64,000 nucleotides of DNA from Lachnospiraceae bacterium (lineage in GTDB: Bacteria; Bacillota; Clostridia; Lachnospirales; Lachnospiraceae), in the NCBI GenBank assembly GCA_023663945.1, contig JAMPGL010000015.1, positions 214 to 64,213 on the forward strand, read 5' to 3'. This document shows, in pieces, positions 36,711 to 47,116 of the stretch; position 1 is the stretch's first letter, and each line of letters starts with the position of its first letter. The translations under genes were made by a program, and so were the position numbers. The notes below the pieces were generated by a model. The model saw only the letters and a list, made by a program, of their open reading frames with translations. It was not told the origin of the DNA and searched no databases.

Positions 36711-38057
36711 ATGAAAAGTGTAGCATTTCACAATCTCGGCTGTAAAGTGAACGGATATGAGATGGACTTTATGCAACAAACATTAGAAGAAAGAGGATAT
36801 AAAATTGTATCTTTTGAGGAACGTGCCGATATTTATATTATAAATACCTGCACGGTGACCAATATAGCCGACCGGAAGAGCCGGCAGATGCTTCACCGCG
36901 CCAAGAAATTAAATCCGGATGCGGTGGTGGTGGCGGTGGGCTGCTATGTGCAGACGGGGAATGAAGACGCCTTAAAGGACATGAGCATTGACCTTGCCGT
37001 GGGAAACAACCGGAAAAAGGATCTTGCTTTCATTTTGGAGGAATACTTAAAGGAAAGGGAAAATAAGGGGGAGTCTCCCGACAAAACGCTCAGCGGAAAA
37101 ACTATCATTGACATTGGAAATACCAGTGAATATGAGACGATGGAGTTAAAGCATACCGCCGGGCATACCAGAGCGTTTATCAAGGTACAGGATGGATGTA
37201 ATCAGTTCTGCTCTTACTGCATTATTCCCTATGCAAGAGGACGAATCCGAAGCCGTGAGACTGCGGATGTAACCGCCGAGGTGAAGAGGCTTGCCGAAAA
37301 CGGATACCGGGAAGTAGTCCTGACGGGAATACACTTAAGTTCCTATGGGCTATCCGGGGGAAATGACTTTTCAGAGAGCAGACTGCTTGAATTGATAAGG
37401 GCAGTGGAACAGGTTCCCGGAATAGAGCGCATTCGGTTAGGCTCCTTAGAGCCGCGGATTATCACGGAGGAGTTTGTGCGCGGGCTGTCGGAATGTTCAA
37501 AGCTCTGCCCTCACTTTCATTTATCTCTGCAGAGCGGATGCGATGCCGTGCTGAAGCGGATGAATAGAAAGTACACTGCAGGGGAATACTATGAAAAGGT
37601 ATGTATGCTCAGAGACTTCTTTGAACAGCCTGCGGTTACTACGGATGTGATTGTGGGGTTTCCGGGGGAGAGTGAGCAGGAGTTTGACGAGACAGTAAGT
37701 TTCCTTAAAAAGACAGAGTTTTATGAAATGCATATTTTTAAATATTCCAAACGCAAGGGAACGCCTGCCGCTAAAATGAAGGAGCAGATTCCGGAGGAAA
37801 TTAAGGGATTAAGGAGCACCGCATTGATGGAATTAGAAGCGGCAATGTCTTATCAGTACCGGGAAAGCTTTTTACATAAAAAAGCAGAAGTTTTGTTTGA
37901 GGAAACAAAGCTCATAAACGGGAAGAGCTATCAGATCGGTCACACCAGAGAGTATATTAAGGCGGCGCGTGAAATAAGAGAAACCCTTTCCGGACAGATT
38001 GCTGTCGGTGTTTTGGAAAGGTTTCTGCAGCCCGATATTTTGCTGTTTCAGGCGTAA
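36711..38057 (+). CDS. mtaB: tRNA t6A37 methylthiotransferase
   Basis: NLGCKVN, INTCTVT..ADRKSRQ, radical SAM QDGCNQFCSYC, LQSGCD. Confidence 0.93.
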   Translation: MKSVAFHNLGCKVNGYEMDFMQQTLEERGYKIVSFEERADIYIINTCTVTNIADRKSRQMLHRAKKLNPDAVVVAVGCYVQTGNEDALKDMSIDLAVGNNRKKDLAFILEEYLKERENKGESPDKTLSGKTIIDIGNTSEYETMELKHTAGHTRAFIKVQDGCNQFCSYCIIPYARGRIRSRETADVTAEVKRLAENGYREVVLTGIHLSSYGLSGGNDFSESRLLELIRAVEQVPGIERIRLGSLEPRIITEEFVRGLSECSKLCPHFHLSLQSGCDAVLKRMNRKYTAGEYYEKVCMLRDFFEQPAVTTDVIVGFPGESEQEFDETVSFLKKTEFYEMHIFKYSKRKGTPAAKMKEQIPEEIKGLRSTALMELEAAMSYQYRESFLHKKAEVLFEETKLINGKSYQIGHTREYIKAAREIRETLSGQIAVGVLERFLQPDILLFQA

Positions 38058-38126
38058 ATGCATTGAATTTTGGAAAAAGATGGAGTATGATAAATAATGA
38101 GAATGTTTTGGTAAGGGGTGCGGCTT

Positions 38127-38387
38127 ATGCAGGATTTGGGCAATACACGTTATTTTAAAGTGGAGACAGACAAAACTACCGTAAAGGAAATTCTGGCAGA
38201 GGTATATCAGGCGCTGACAGAAAAAGGTTATAACCCTGTTAACCAGATTGTTGGGTATATTATGTCCGGCGATCCTACTTATATTACCAGCTACAAGAAC
38301 GCCAGAAGCTTGATTATGAAGGTGGAACGGGACGAGCTGGTAGAAGAGATGCTGACGGAATACATTAAGAGCAGCCACTGGAAATAA
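38127..38387 (+). CDS. ireB: IreB family regulatory protein (UPF0297)
   Basis: [39 protein letters not shown]. Confidence 0.93.
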   Translation: MQDLGNTRYFKVETDKTTVKEILAEVYQALTEKGYNPVNQIVGYIMSGDPTYITSYKNARSLIMKVERDELVEEMLTEYIKSSHWK

Positions 38388-38407
38388 ACGGACAGAGGGT
38401 GGGTTAT

Positions 38408-38842
38408 ATGCGGATTATGGGGTTGGATTTTGGGTCGAAGACGGTAGGGGTAGCGGTCAGCGATCCGTTATTAATCACTGCGCAGGGAATTGAGATCATC
38501 AGAAGAAAAGACGAAAATAAACTGCGTCAGACGCTTGCAAGGATTGAAGAACTGATACAGGAGTATGAGGTAGAAGAAATCGTATTAGGACTGCCGAAGA
38601 ACATGAATGACACGGAAGGCGTAAGGGTTATGCTGACCATGGAATTTAAGGAGAAGCTGGAAAGAAGAACCGGGCTGGCTGTACATACCTGGGATGAAAG
38701 ACTGACCACCGTAGCCGCAGAGAAAACGATGATGGAAGCGGGAGTCAGGCGGGAGAACCGTAAGGAGTATGTAGATAAGATTGCAGCGGTTCTTATTTTG
38801 CAGGGATATTTGGATTTTAGAGGAAGAAAGCAGGAAGATTAA
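38408..38842 (+). CDS. ruvX: Holliday junction resolvase-like RuvX/YqgF
   Basis: [38 protein letters not shown]. Confidence 0.93.
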   Translation: MRIMGLDFGSKTVGVAVSDPLLITAQGIEIIRRKDENKLRQTLARIEELIQEYEVEEIVLGLPKNMNDTEGVRVMLTMEFKEKLERRTGLAVHTWDERLTTVAAEKTMMEAGVRRENRKEYVDKIAAVLILQGYLDFRGRKQED

Positions 38843-38843
38843 A

Positions 38844-39101
38844 TTGGAAAAAATTAAATTTATGCTGGATACACAGGAGAGTGCAGAGTTTTTTGTGCTG
38901 GAGCAGACAAAGCTGGGCGGAAAACAATATATACTGGTAACGGATGCCCCGGAGGGCGATGCGGATGCTTTAATTCTCAGGGAGAGCCCCTTAAGCGAAG
39001 GGAAAAGCGAAAGCATTTACGAGGTAGTAGAGGACGATACGGAGCTTGCCGCGGTTGCCGCTGTGTTTGAAAATTTGCTGGAGGATACGAAAATTTCGTA
39101 G
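38844..39101 (+). CDS. DUF1292 domain protein
   Basis: FFVLEQTKLGGKQYILV..DALIL..YEVVEDDTELAAV; conserved position after ruvX. Confidence 0.85.
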   Translation: MEKIKFMLDTQESAEFFVLEQTKLGGKQYILVTDAPEGDADALILRESPLSEGKSESIYEVVEDDTELAAVAAVFENLLEDTKIS

Positions 39102-39117
39102 AAGAGAGGTAAACTGA

Positions 39118-40791
39118 TTGAAAAAAACGGAACAAAAAAATAGCCTGAAACTCAAGATTATTCCCCTTGGAGGGCTTGAGCAGATTGGCATGAACATTAC
39201 TGCTTTTGAGTATGAGGACAGTATTATTGTGGTTGACTGCGGTCTTTCCTTTCCGGAAGATGATATGCTTGGGATTGACCTGGTCATTCCGGATGTGACG
39301 TATCTTAAGAATAATATCGAAAAGGTAAAGGGTTTTGTGATCACTCACGGGCATGAGGATCATATTGGAGCGCTTCCCTATGTGCTTAGGGATGTGAACA
39401 TTCCTATCTATGCAACGAAGCTGACAATGGGAATCATTGAAAATAAATTAAAAGAGCACAACTTGACATCGAACACCAAGCGCAAAGTAGTCAAATTCGG
39501 ACAGTCCATTAATTTGGGGCAGTTCCGGATTGAATTTATTAAGACAAATCACAGCATTGTGGATGCGGCCGCGCTGGCGATTTATTCTCCCGCAGGAATT
39601 GTGGTGCATACGGGTGATTTTAAAGTGGACTATACCCCGGTGTTCGGCGATGCCATCGACCTGCAGCGCTTTGCCGAAATCGGCAAAAAGGGCGTTCTCG
39701 CCCTGATGTGCGATTCCACCAATGCGGAGAGACCGGGATTTACGCCTTCGGAACGGACGGTTGGAAAGACCTTCGATATTCTTTTTCAGGAGCATAAGAA
39801 TACGAGGATTATTATCGCAACCTTTGCGTCCAATGTGGACAGGGTACAGCAGATTATCAATACGGCGTACCGGTTTGGAAGAAAAGTCGTGGTAGAAGGC
39901 AGGAGCATGGTAAACATCATCGATACGGCTACGAGTTTGGGGTATTTGAGTATTCCGGAGAATACGCTGATTGATATTGAGCAGTTAAAAAATTATCCGG
40001 ATGAAAAGACGGTTATCATCACCACCGGAAGCCAAGGGGAAAGTATGGCGGCGTTAAGCCGTATGGCAGGCGATAATCACCGCAAAATATCCATCGGACC
40101 TACGGACACGGTAATCTTTTCGTCCCATCCGATTCCCGGCAATGAAAAAGCGGTGACAAATGTAATCAACGAACTTCTCTTGAAGGGCGCCGATGTGATT
40201 TTTCAGGATGTGCATGTGTCGGGGCATGCCTGTCAGGAAGAGATTAAGCTGATTTATACGCTGGTTCATCCCCAGTACGCAATTCCGGTTCATGGAGAGT
40301 TCAAGCACTTGAAGGCGCAGGCAAAGATAGCTCAGGAGCTTGGCATTCCCAAAGAGAATATCTTTATCATCCAGTCCGGGGATGTGTTAGAGCTTTCTGA
40401 GGAAAGCGCACAGGTGACCGGAAAGGTGCCTGTAGGGGACATTTTAGTAGACGGATTGGGAGTCGGCGATGTAGGAAATATTGTCTTAAGAGACAGACAG
40501 CATTTGGCGGAAGATGGAATTTTGATTGTGGTACTGGGACTGGATGGAGCAACGGATGAGCTGGTGAGCGGTCCGGATATTGTCTCAAGAGGCTTTGTCT
40601 ATGTCCGGGAGTCCGATGAACTGATGGATGAAGCAAGGATCGTTGTAAATGATGCAGTGGAAGGATGTCTCGGAAGAGGAATTTCCGATTGGGGAAAACT
40701 TAAGAGCTCCATCAAGGATTCCCTTGGTGAGTATGTCTGGAAAAAGACAAAGCGCCGTCCAATGATTCTGCCAATCATTATGGAAATATAA
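39118..40791 (+). CDS. rnj: Ribonuclease J
   Basis: PLGGLEQIGMN, THGHEDHIG, HTGDFK, HVSGHA, PVHGE, RPMILP. Confidence 0.95.
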   Translation: MKKTEQKNSLKLKIIPLGGLEQIGMNITAFEYEDSIIVVDCGLSFPEDDMLGIDLVIPDVTYLKNNIEKVKGFVITHGHEDHIGALPYVLRDVNIPIYATKLTMGIIENKLKEHNLTSNTKRKVVKFGQSINLGQFRIEFIKTNHSIVDAAALAIYSPAGIVVHTGDFKVDYTPVFGDAIDLQRFAEIGKKGVLALMCDSTNAERPGFTPSERTVGKTFDILFQEHKNTRIIIATFASNVDRVQQIINTAYRFGRKVVVEGRSMVNIIDTATSLGYLSIPENTLIDIEQLKNYPDEKTVIITTGSQGESMAALSRMAGDNHRKISIGPTDTVIFSSHPIPGNEKAVTNVINELLLKGADVIFQDVHVSGHACQEEIKLIYTLVHPQYAIPVHGEFKHLKAQAKIAQELGIPKENIFIIQSGDVLELSEESAQVTGKVPVGDILVDGLGVGDVGNIVLRDRQHLAEDGILIVVLGLDGATDELVSGPDIVSRGFVYVRESDELMDEARIVVNDAVEGCLGRGISDWGKLKSSIKDSLGEYVWKKTKRRPMILPIIMEI

Positions 40792-40804
40792 GGAGAGACG
40801 CGAT

Positions 40805-41137
40805 ATGCTTGGAAGCAGCATGGAAACGGCGGCAGTCCGGTTTGTAAAATCGATTAAGGAAACAGAGGTTTACAAAAGATACTATTTTCAATTGCAGAAG
40901 CTTAAGGAAGAGCCGGAGCTTTACGCGGAGGTTAATGAGTATCGCAAGCGCAACTTTGAGCTGCAGAATACCAGCCAGGTTGACGAGCTTTTTGATAAGA
41001 TGTATGCCTTTGAAAGAGAATATGAGAAGTTTCGTGAGAATCCGCTGGTTGATGAGTTTTTGACGGCGGAGCTGGCTTTTTGCAGAATGATGCAGGAGCT
41101 TGATATTTATATCACGAAAGAATTGAATTTTGAGTAG
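40805..41137 (+). CDS. YlbF family regulator
   Basis: IKETEVYKRY..., NPLVDEFLTAELAFCRM. Confidence 0.8.
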   Translation: MLGSSMETAAVRFVKSIKETEVYKRYYFQLQKLKEEPELYAEVNEYRKRNFELQNTSQVDELFDKMYAFEREYEKFRENPLVDEFLTAELAFCRMMQELDIYITKELNFE

Positions 41138-41177
41138 CCTGCGCAAAGGCGGACTTAAGAAGGAACAGGTGGTTTTG

Positions 41178-41654
41178 ATGAAAGCAGGGTATCTGATAGG
41201 CGCTGCGCTGGAAATGATTGTAAAAGTGGTGGTCATTGCGGCAGTGGTTGTGTTTGTTTTTCGCGGAGCAACACAGGCATATGAGTTTGGATATAAGGTA
41301 TTTGCGGACGAACCAGTGTCAATATCGGGCGGACGTACCATAACGGTAGGGATTTCCGACAACATGAGCATAACGGATATTGCTCAGATGCTGGAGGAGA
41401 AGGGTCTTATCGAAGACTCCAAGCTGTTTGTTGTGCAGGAATTACTTTCCGCTTATCATGACGAGATTACGCCGGGGATTTACGACCTCAGCACAGCCAT
41501 GACGGCGCAGGAAATGCTTGCAGTGATGTCGGTTCCGGCAGAAGAGGATGAAGAGGAGGCGGAAGCGGCGCCCAGCCCGGAACCGGAGGCAGAACCGGAA
41601 CCGGAGGCGGAACCGGGAGCAGAGGCAGAACCGGAGGCAGGCGGAGAGCCATGA
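41178..41654 (+). CDS. Short MltG/YceG N-terminal-like membrane protein with Pro/Glu tail
   Basis: TM; MSITDIAQMLEEKGLI, PGIYDLSTAMTAQEML; no catalytic domain; EPEAEPEPEAEP tail. Confidence 0.7.
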   Translation: MKAGYLIGAALEMIVKVVVIAAVVVFVFRGATQAYEFGYKVFADEPVSISGGRTITVGISDNMSITDIAQMLEEKGLIEDSKLFVVQELLSAYHDEITPGIYDLSTAMTAQEMLAVMSVPAEEDEEEAEAAPSPEPEAEPEPEAEPGAEAEPEAGGEP

Positions 41655-42295
41655 TTACGGAAGAGAGACTCAGCGATTTTATCGGTTCTTTTGATACGGG
41701 AAACACTCCCCTTTTAGATGAATTGGAGCAGACTGCGCTAGAGATGAGTGTGCCGATTATCCGTCCTCAGATGCAGAGCTTTTTAAAGCTCATGCTTGCG
41801 GTTAAACAGCCGCAAAAGATTTTGGAGGTGGGGACGGCGGTAGGCTTTTCAGCGCTTCTTATGAGTGAGTATGCGCCAAAGGGCTGCCGGATTACCACAA
41901 TCGAAAATTATGCAAAGAGAATCCCCGTTGCCAGAGAGAATTTTCAAAGAGCAGGGCGGGAGGAGCAGATTACCTTGTTAGAAGGAGATGCATCCGTAAT
42001 TTTAAGGGAGCTTTCCGATGAGTATGATTTTATTTTTATGGATGCGGCGAAGGGGCAGTACATTCACTTTTTGCCGGATCTTTTAAGGCTGATGCCTTGC
42101 GGTGGTCTGCTTATTTCCGATAATGTATTGCAGGATGGCGATATTCCGGAGTCCCGGTATGCGGTGACGAGGAGGGATCGGACGATCCATGCAAGGATGA
42201 GGGAATATCTGTATGAGTTAAAGCATCAGGAACAGCTTGTGACGGATATCCTGCCGATTGGAGACGGCGTTACGGTGAGCGTCAGAGTCAAATAA
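41651..42295 (+). CDS. O-methyltransferase (TrmR/YrrM-like)
   Basis: VPII, ILEVGTAVGFS, FIFMDAAKGQY, DNVL. Confidence 0.9.
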   Translation: MITEERLSDFIGSFDTGNTPLLDELEQTALEMSVPIIRPQMQSFLKLMLAVKQPQKILEVGTAVGFSALLMSEYAPKGCRITTIENYAKRIPVARENFQRAGREEQITLLEGDASVILRELSDEYDFIFMDAAKGQYIHFLPDLLRLMPCGGLLISDNVLQDGDIPESRYAVTRRDRTIHARMREYLYELKHQEQLVTDILPIGDGVTVSVRVK

Positions 42296-42340
42296 GGACA
42301 GAGGAAGATAAGCGGCTTTGCAGCAGGCGGGGGAAACAGA

Positions 42341-43618
42341 ATGAAGAAACCGGAATTATTGATACCTGCCAGTTCGCTGGAGGTTTTAAAAACGGCAGTG
42401 CTGTTTGGGGCAGATGCCGTATATATTGGCGGAGAGGCTTATGGACTGCGCGCCAAAGCCAAGAACTTTTCTCCTGAGGAGATGAGGCAGGGAATAGAAT
42501 TTGCCCACCGGCATCAGGTGAAGGTACATGTGACGGCTAATATTCTGGCGCACAACGGCGACCTTGCAGGTGCGGAAAAGTATTTTCAGGAGTTAAAGGA
42601 GTTAAAACCGGATGCGCTGATCATTGCCGATCCCGGAATGTTTACCCTTGCAAGGGAAATCTGTCCGGAGATTGATATTCATATTTCTACGCAGGCAAAT
42701 AATACCAATTATCTTACCTTTCTGTTTTGGCATAAGCTTGGTGCCAAGAGAGTGGTCTGCGCCAGAGAGCTTTCCCTTCAAGAAATAAAAGAGATCAAGG
42801 AGAAGATTCCGGCGGATATGGAGATTGAAAGCTTTATCCATGGAGCTATGTGCATCTCCTATTCCGGAAGGTGTCTGCTCAGCAATTATTTTACGGGGCG
42901 GGATGCCAATCACGGCGCCTGCACGCATCCATGCAGGTGGAAGTACGCCGTGGCAGAGGAGACAAGACCGGGAGAATATCTGCCGGTTTATGAGAATGAC
43001 CGCGGAACTTATATTTTTAATTCCAAGGATCTCTGCATGATTGAATATATTCCAGAGATGATTCATGCCGGGATAGACAGCTTTAAGATTGAAGGAAGGA
43101 TGAAGACGGCGCTTTATGTTGCGGCTGTTGCGCGGACTTACCGGAGGGCGATTGATGATTACCTGGAATCGGAAGAGAAGTACCGCGCTAACATGGACTG
43201 GTATCGGTCGGAGATTTCCAAGTGCACTTACCGCAAGTTTACGACAGGATTTTACTTTCATAAGCCGGACGAAAACGCACAGATTTACGACAACAATACT
43301 TACGTCAACGAATATGTCTATCTGGGAATGGCATCCCGGACGGCGGAGAGCGTTAAGGATCTGCAGTCGGGGGAACAGCGCGGATTTTTTGTAAGAATTG
43401 AACAGAAAAATAAATTCTGCGTGGGGAATGAGATTGAAATTATGAAGCCGGACGGCAGAAATATTCCGGTGAAGGTTCTGACGATGCTCACGGAGGATGG
43501 ACAGAGGGTGGACAGCGCGCCCCATCCCGGACAGGTTCTATGGGTGGGTTTAAGCAGCCCTGCCGAGGAATACGACCTTTTAAGAGTCTCCAAGGAGAAG
43601 AGCAGCCAGGGGCAGTGA
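42341..43618 (+). CDS. U32 family peptidase (TrhP-like tRNA hydroxylase)
   Basis: ELLIPA, GADAVYIG, STQAN, HGAMCISYSGRCLLS, CTHPCRW, KIEGR. Confidence 0.92.
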   Translation: MKKPELLIPASSLEVLKTAVLFGADAVYIGGEAYGLRAKAKNFSPEEMRQGIEFAHRHQVKVHVTANILAHNGDLAGAEKYFQELKELKPDALIIADPGMFTLAREICPEIDIHISTQANNTNYLTFLFWHKLGAKRVVCARELSLQEIKEIKEKIPADMEIESFIHGAMCISYSGRCLLSNYFTGRDANHGACTHPCRWKYAVAEETRPGEYLPVYENDRGTYIFNSKDLCMIEYIPEMIHAGIDSFKIEGRMKTALYVAAVARTYRRAIDDYLESEEKYRANMDWYRSEISKCTYRKFTTGFYFHKPDENAQIYDNNTYVNEYVYLGMASRTAESVKDLQSGEQRGFFVRIEQKNKFCVGNEIEIMKPDGRNIPVKVLTMLTEDGQRVDSAPHPGQVLWVGLSSPAEEYDLLRVSKEKSSQGQ

Positions 43619-43739
43619 CAGCACTGCATCATCAGCAGTATAGAAACAGAAATCGAAGGATCTTGTTGTACAACATGCACACTGGAAAGGGCAGGTTTTT
43701 TCATTTTTTTGCTAAAACATCTAAAAATGAAAAAGGGTA

Positions 43740-43768
43740 TTGCATTTTTGCAGATTATCGCATATAGT
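43740..43768 (+). promoter_or_regulatory. SigmaA-type promoter of glutamine synthetase gene
   Basis: TTGCAT-N17-TATAGT. Confidence 0.6.
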
Positions 43769-43775
43769 ATTTTTT

Positions 43776-43813
43776 GAACAAAGATGTTCCAAAGGTATTT
43801 GGGGCATTTTTTT
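43776..43813 (+). promoter_or_regulatory. Leader terminator with overlapping ANTAR-like hairpin
   Basis: GAAC-AAAGAT-GTTC (hexaloop A1/G4) overlapping ATGTTCCAAA-GGTA-TTTGGGGCAT + T7. Confidence 0.5.
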
Positions 43814-43852
43814 CTTTTTAAGAGGAAGAGTTTAAGGAAAGGAAGTATAAAA

Positions 43853-45964
43853 ATGAGCGAAGTAATCAATGTAGAAGAGATTTTTGCCAGCAAGGTATTT
43901 ACCCGTGCAATGATGAAAGAACGTTTACCCAAGAGCGTCTACAAAGAGGTTGTAAGCGTGATGGACAACGGAGGCGAGCTTTCCCTGGAGGCAGCGGATG
44001 TAGTTGCAAAGGAGATGAAGGATTGGGCGGTAGAACACGGTGCTACCCATTATACCCACTGGTTCCAGCCGCTTACGGGAATTACCGCTGAAAAGCATGA
44101 TTCCTTTGTATCTCATCCGGATGAGAGCGGAAAGATGATCATGGAATTTTCCGGAAAAGAATTAATCAAGGGGGAGCCGGATGCCTCATCGTTCCCTTCC
44201 GGAGGGCTTCGTGCAACCTTTGAGGCAAGGGGATACACGGCATGGGATATTACTTCACCTGCATTTTTGAAGGAGGACGCTACCGGAGTGATTCTCTGTA
44301 TTCCCACGGCATTCTGCTCTTACACGGGAGAAGCTCTTGACAAGAAAACGCCTCTGCTCCGGTCTATGGAGGCAGTCAGTGAGCAGGCAATCCGTATTGT
44401 GCGTCTGTTTGGCAACAAGAGAGCAACCAAGGTGGTTGCAAGCGTAGGACCGGAACAGGAATATTTCTTGGTAGACCGGGAGAAATATTTAAAGAGACCC
44501 GACTTGATTTTTGCAGGGCGCACCCTGTTTGGAGCTCCGGCGCCCAAAGGGCAGGAGATGGAAGACCACTATTTCGGCACTATCCGTGAGAGAATCGGCG
44601 CTTATATGAAGGATTTGAACATTGAACTTTGGAAGCTGGGCGTCACGGCAAAGACGCAGCACAATGAGGTTGCCCCTGCGCAGCATGAATTGGCGCCTAT
44701 CTATGAGACAGCCAATATCGCGGTGGATCATAACCAGCTGGTGATGGAGACCATGAAAAAGGTAGCGGGACGTCATGGAATGACCTGCCTGCTTCACGAG
44801 AAGCCCTTTGCGGGAGTTAACGGTTCCGGCAAGCATAATAACTGGTCCCTGACCACGGATAACGGCGTGAACCTTCTTGATCCGGGCGACACACCCAATG
44901 AAAATATTCAGTTTTTGCTTGTTCTGGCATGTATTATCAAGGCGGTGGACATTCATGCGGATCTGCTCCGCCAGAGCGCGTCGGATGTAGGAAACGATCA
45001 CAGGCTGGGAGCTAACGAAGCGCCTCCGGCTATTATCTCTATTTTCCTTGGAGAGCAGCTTGAGGACGTGGTGAAGCAGTTAGTTGAAACCGGTGAGGCG
45101 GCGCATGTGCTGCAGGGCGGGAAGCTTGCAACCGGCGTTTCCACACTGCCTGATTTTGAAAAGGATGCCACCGATAGAAACAGGACTTCGCCGTTTGCAT
45201 TTACAGGAAATAAGTTTGAGTTTCGTATGGTGGGATCGGCGGACTCCATTGCAAGCCCGAATACCATACTGAACGCCATCGTCGCAGAAGCTTTTTGCGA
45301 AGCCGCTGACGTTTTGGAAAAGGCGGATGATTTTGATCTGGCAGTTCACGATTTGATCAAGAAATATCTCACCGACCACCAGAGAATCATTTTTAACGGC
45401 AACGGCTATGCGCCGGAATGGGTGGCGGAGGCTGAACGCAGGGGACTTCCCAATATTAAGTCTATGGTGGAAGCGGTGGATACGCTGACAACCGAGAAGT
45501 CCGTCAAGCTGTTTGAAAAGTTCGGCATCTTTACAAAGGCGGAGCTGGAATCAAGAGAAGAGGTTCTCTATGAAACCTATGCAAAGAGCATTAACATAGA
45601 AGCGCTTACCATGATTGATATGGCTTCCAAGCAGATTATTCCGGCAGTGATCAAGTACAGCAGATCGCTGGCAGATACGGTTATCGCAGTGAAGGAAGCG
45701 GGAGCGGATGCGTCCGTGACGGCAGACTTGTTGAAGGAGCTTTCCGGAAAGCTTTCGGCTATGAAGGCGGCTCTTGCCAAATTGCAGGAAGTGGAAGAAA
45801 AGGCGGGAACCATTGCGGATGTCAAAGAGCAGGCTTTCTATTATAAAGATGTGGTAAAGAAGGCAATGGATGAACTGAGAGCGCCCGCGGATGAAGCGGA
45901 GATGCTGGTTGACAAGAAAGTATGGCCTATACCTACATACGGAGACCTTATCTTTGAAGTGTAA
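43853..45964 (+). CDS. glnA: Glutamine synthetase type III
   Basis: [71 protein letters not shown]. Confidence 0.95.
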   Translation: MSEVINVEEIFASKVFTRAMMKERLPKSVYKEVVSVMDNGGELSLEAADVVAKEMKDWAVEHGATHYTHWFQPLTGITAEKHDSFVSHPDESGKMIMEFSGKELIKGEPDASSFPSGGLRATFEARGYTAWDITSPAFLKEDATGVILCIPTAFCSYTGEALDKKTPLLRSMEAVSEQAIRIVRLFGNKRATKVVASVGPEQEYFLVDREKYLKRPDLIFAGRTLFGAPAPKGQEMEDHYFGTIRERIGAYMKDLNIELWKLGVTAKTQHNEVAPAQHELAPIYETANIAVDHNQLVMETMKKVAGRHGMTCLLHEKPFAGVNGSGKHNNWSLTTDNGVNLLDPGDTPNENIQFLLVLACIIKAVDIHADLLRQSASDVGNDHRLGANEAPPAIISIFLGEQLEDVVKQLVETGEAAHVLQGGKLATGVSTLPDFEKDATDRNRTSPFAFTGNKFEFRMVGSADSIASPNTILNAIVAEAFCEAADVLEKADDFDLAVHDLIKKYLTDHQRIIFNGNGYAPEWVAEAERRGLPNIKSMVEAVDTLTTEKSVKLFEKFGIFTKAELESREEVLYETYAKSINIEALTMIDMASKQIIPAVIKYSRSLADTVIAVKEAGADASVTADLLKELSGKLSAMKAALAKLQEVEEKAGTIADVKEQAFYYKDVVKKAMDELRAPADEAEMLVDKKVWPIPTYGDLIFEV

Positions 45965-45989
45965 GATTATCCTGCGTGAAAGTTAAAAA

Positions 45990-46017
45990 TACAGCCCCGT
46001 CTTAGGATGGGGCTGTA
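45990..46017. terminator. Bidirectional terminator
   Basis: TACAGCCCCGTC-TTAG-GATGGGGCTGTA between convergent genes. Confidence 0.8.
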
Positions 46018-46046
46018 AACATGCATAAATAGCCGAAACAGGATGA

Positions 46047-46718
46047 TCAGTCAACTTTTACTTCCAGATAACCTAACAGCTTGCTCATGTCGTATTCCTG
46101 AAGGACGCCTAAGTTGGAATCATAAAACTTGCCGTCAAAATGAACCAGATAATGGCAGTAAAGCCCCATCTTTTCCATCATGATACAGCATTTGGGAAGA
46201 GTAGCCTCCTGCCCTTCGGTGTACATAATAATATCATTGTGGTCGATGCCGTAATAGTTAAGGGCAGAAATGACGCGTCCCATGGTCGCCTGCCATTCCC
46301 GGCAGTCCATAACGCTGATTACTTCTGCAATCGTGACCCCTGCAAGCATTGCCACGCAGGTTTGTCCGCAAAGCCCATCCTCGGGCTGGATAATCACATC
46401 GATATGGTCGATTTTGCGGATCGGGTTGTCAAAGCTGTAAGGGCTGTTTTGGTTCATCTGAATGAGGCTTCCGTTAATGTGGAGCAGAATTTTGTGGTTC
46501 TGGTCGATATTGATGTGGGACACATCCTCATCTTTTAAATGAATTTTGTAGTTGCCTTTTGCCTCCGGGAGAAGCTCGCAGCTTATGATCTTGTTGTCCA
46601 AAACCAGATCAGCCTTGATAATGTCCCTGAGCTTGCACACTTCCCATACATTAAAGGGAATGCGGACACAGTAAATGTCGTCTTGCTTTTCGATTTTGCC
46701 GTCAAAAAAATACCTCAT
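46047..46718 (-). CDS. DUF1905-like N-domain fused to a C39-like (papain-fold) domain
   Basis: N-term F.GKI..YCVRIPF; C-term QPEDGLCGQTCVAML...HYLVHFDGKFYDS. Confidence 0.55.
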   Translation of the reverse strand: MRYFFDGKIEKQDDIYCVRIPFNVWEVCKLRDIIKADLVLDNKIISCELLPEAKGNYKIHLKDEDVSHINIDQNHKILLHINGSLIQMNQNSPYSFDNPIRKIDHIDVIIQPEDGLCGQTCVAMLAGVTIAEVISVMDCREWQATMGRVISALNYYGIDHNDIIMYTEGQEATLPKCCIMMEKMGLYCHYLVHFDGKFYDSNLGVLQEYDMSKLLGYLEVKVD

Positions 46719-46851
46719 AGAAATAACCTGCCTTTCTGAAGCATATGTGAAATTTATACGCTTCTGTTATGTCGTTTACTATATGTTTAAACGATAACAA
46801 ATTTTGAGGGAAAAGAAAACCGTTTTTACAATAAAATTTTTAATTTTTTAC

Positions 46852-46880
46852 TTGCCAAACAGGTATTATTCGTGTATAAT
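46852..46880 (+). promoter_or_regulatory. SigmaA promoter of tRNA-Gln
   Basis: TTGCCA-N17-TATAAT with extended TG. Confidence 0.8.
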
Positions 46881-46898
46881 ACCAAAAGTAATCTACTT

Positions 46899-46970
46899 TG
46901 GGCTATCGCCAAACGGTAAGGCAACGGACTCTGACTCCGTCATTTCAAGGTTCGAATCCTTGTAGCCCAG
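46899..46970 (+). tRNA. tRNA-Gln (anticodon CTG)
   Basis: Acceptor TGGGCTA/TAGCCCA, anticodon arm ACGGA-CTCTGAC-TCCGT, T-loop GGTTCGAATCC; CCA not encoded. Confidence 0.97.
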
Positions 46971-46978
46971 CGAAATTG

Positions 46979-47008
46979 ACCCGGTGAACATGGTTCATCG
47001 GGTTTTGT
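46979..47008 (+). terminator. Terminator after tRNA-Gln
   Basis: ACCCGGTGAAC-ATG-GTTCATCGGGT + TTT. Confidence 0.7.
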
Positions 47009-47116
47009 GCTGTGAAATATTAAAAGAGAGCCGAGCTTTCTGCTTTATTGTAATTGGAAGGAAAGATGTGTATAATACTTAGAGAAAAGAAATAAAGCCG
47101 GCTTCGGAGGTGGCAG

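Noticed and set aside
42602-43525. 307-aa minus-strand ORF
   Set aside because: Antisense shadow of the U32 peptidase gene
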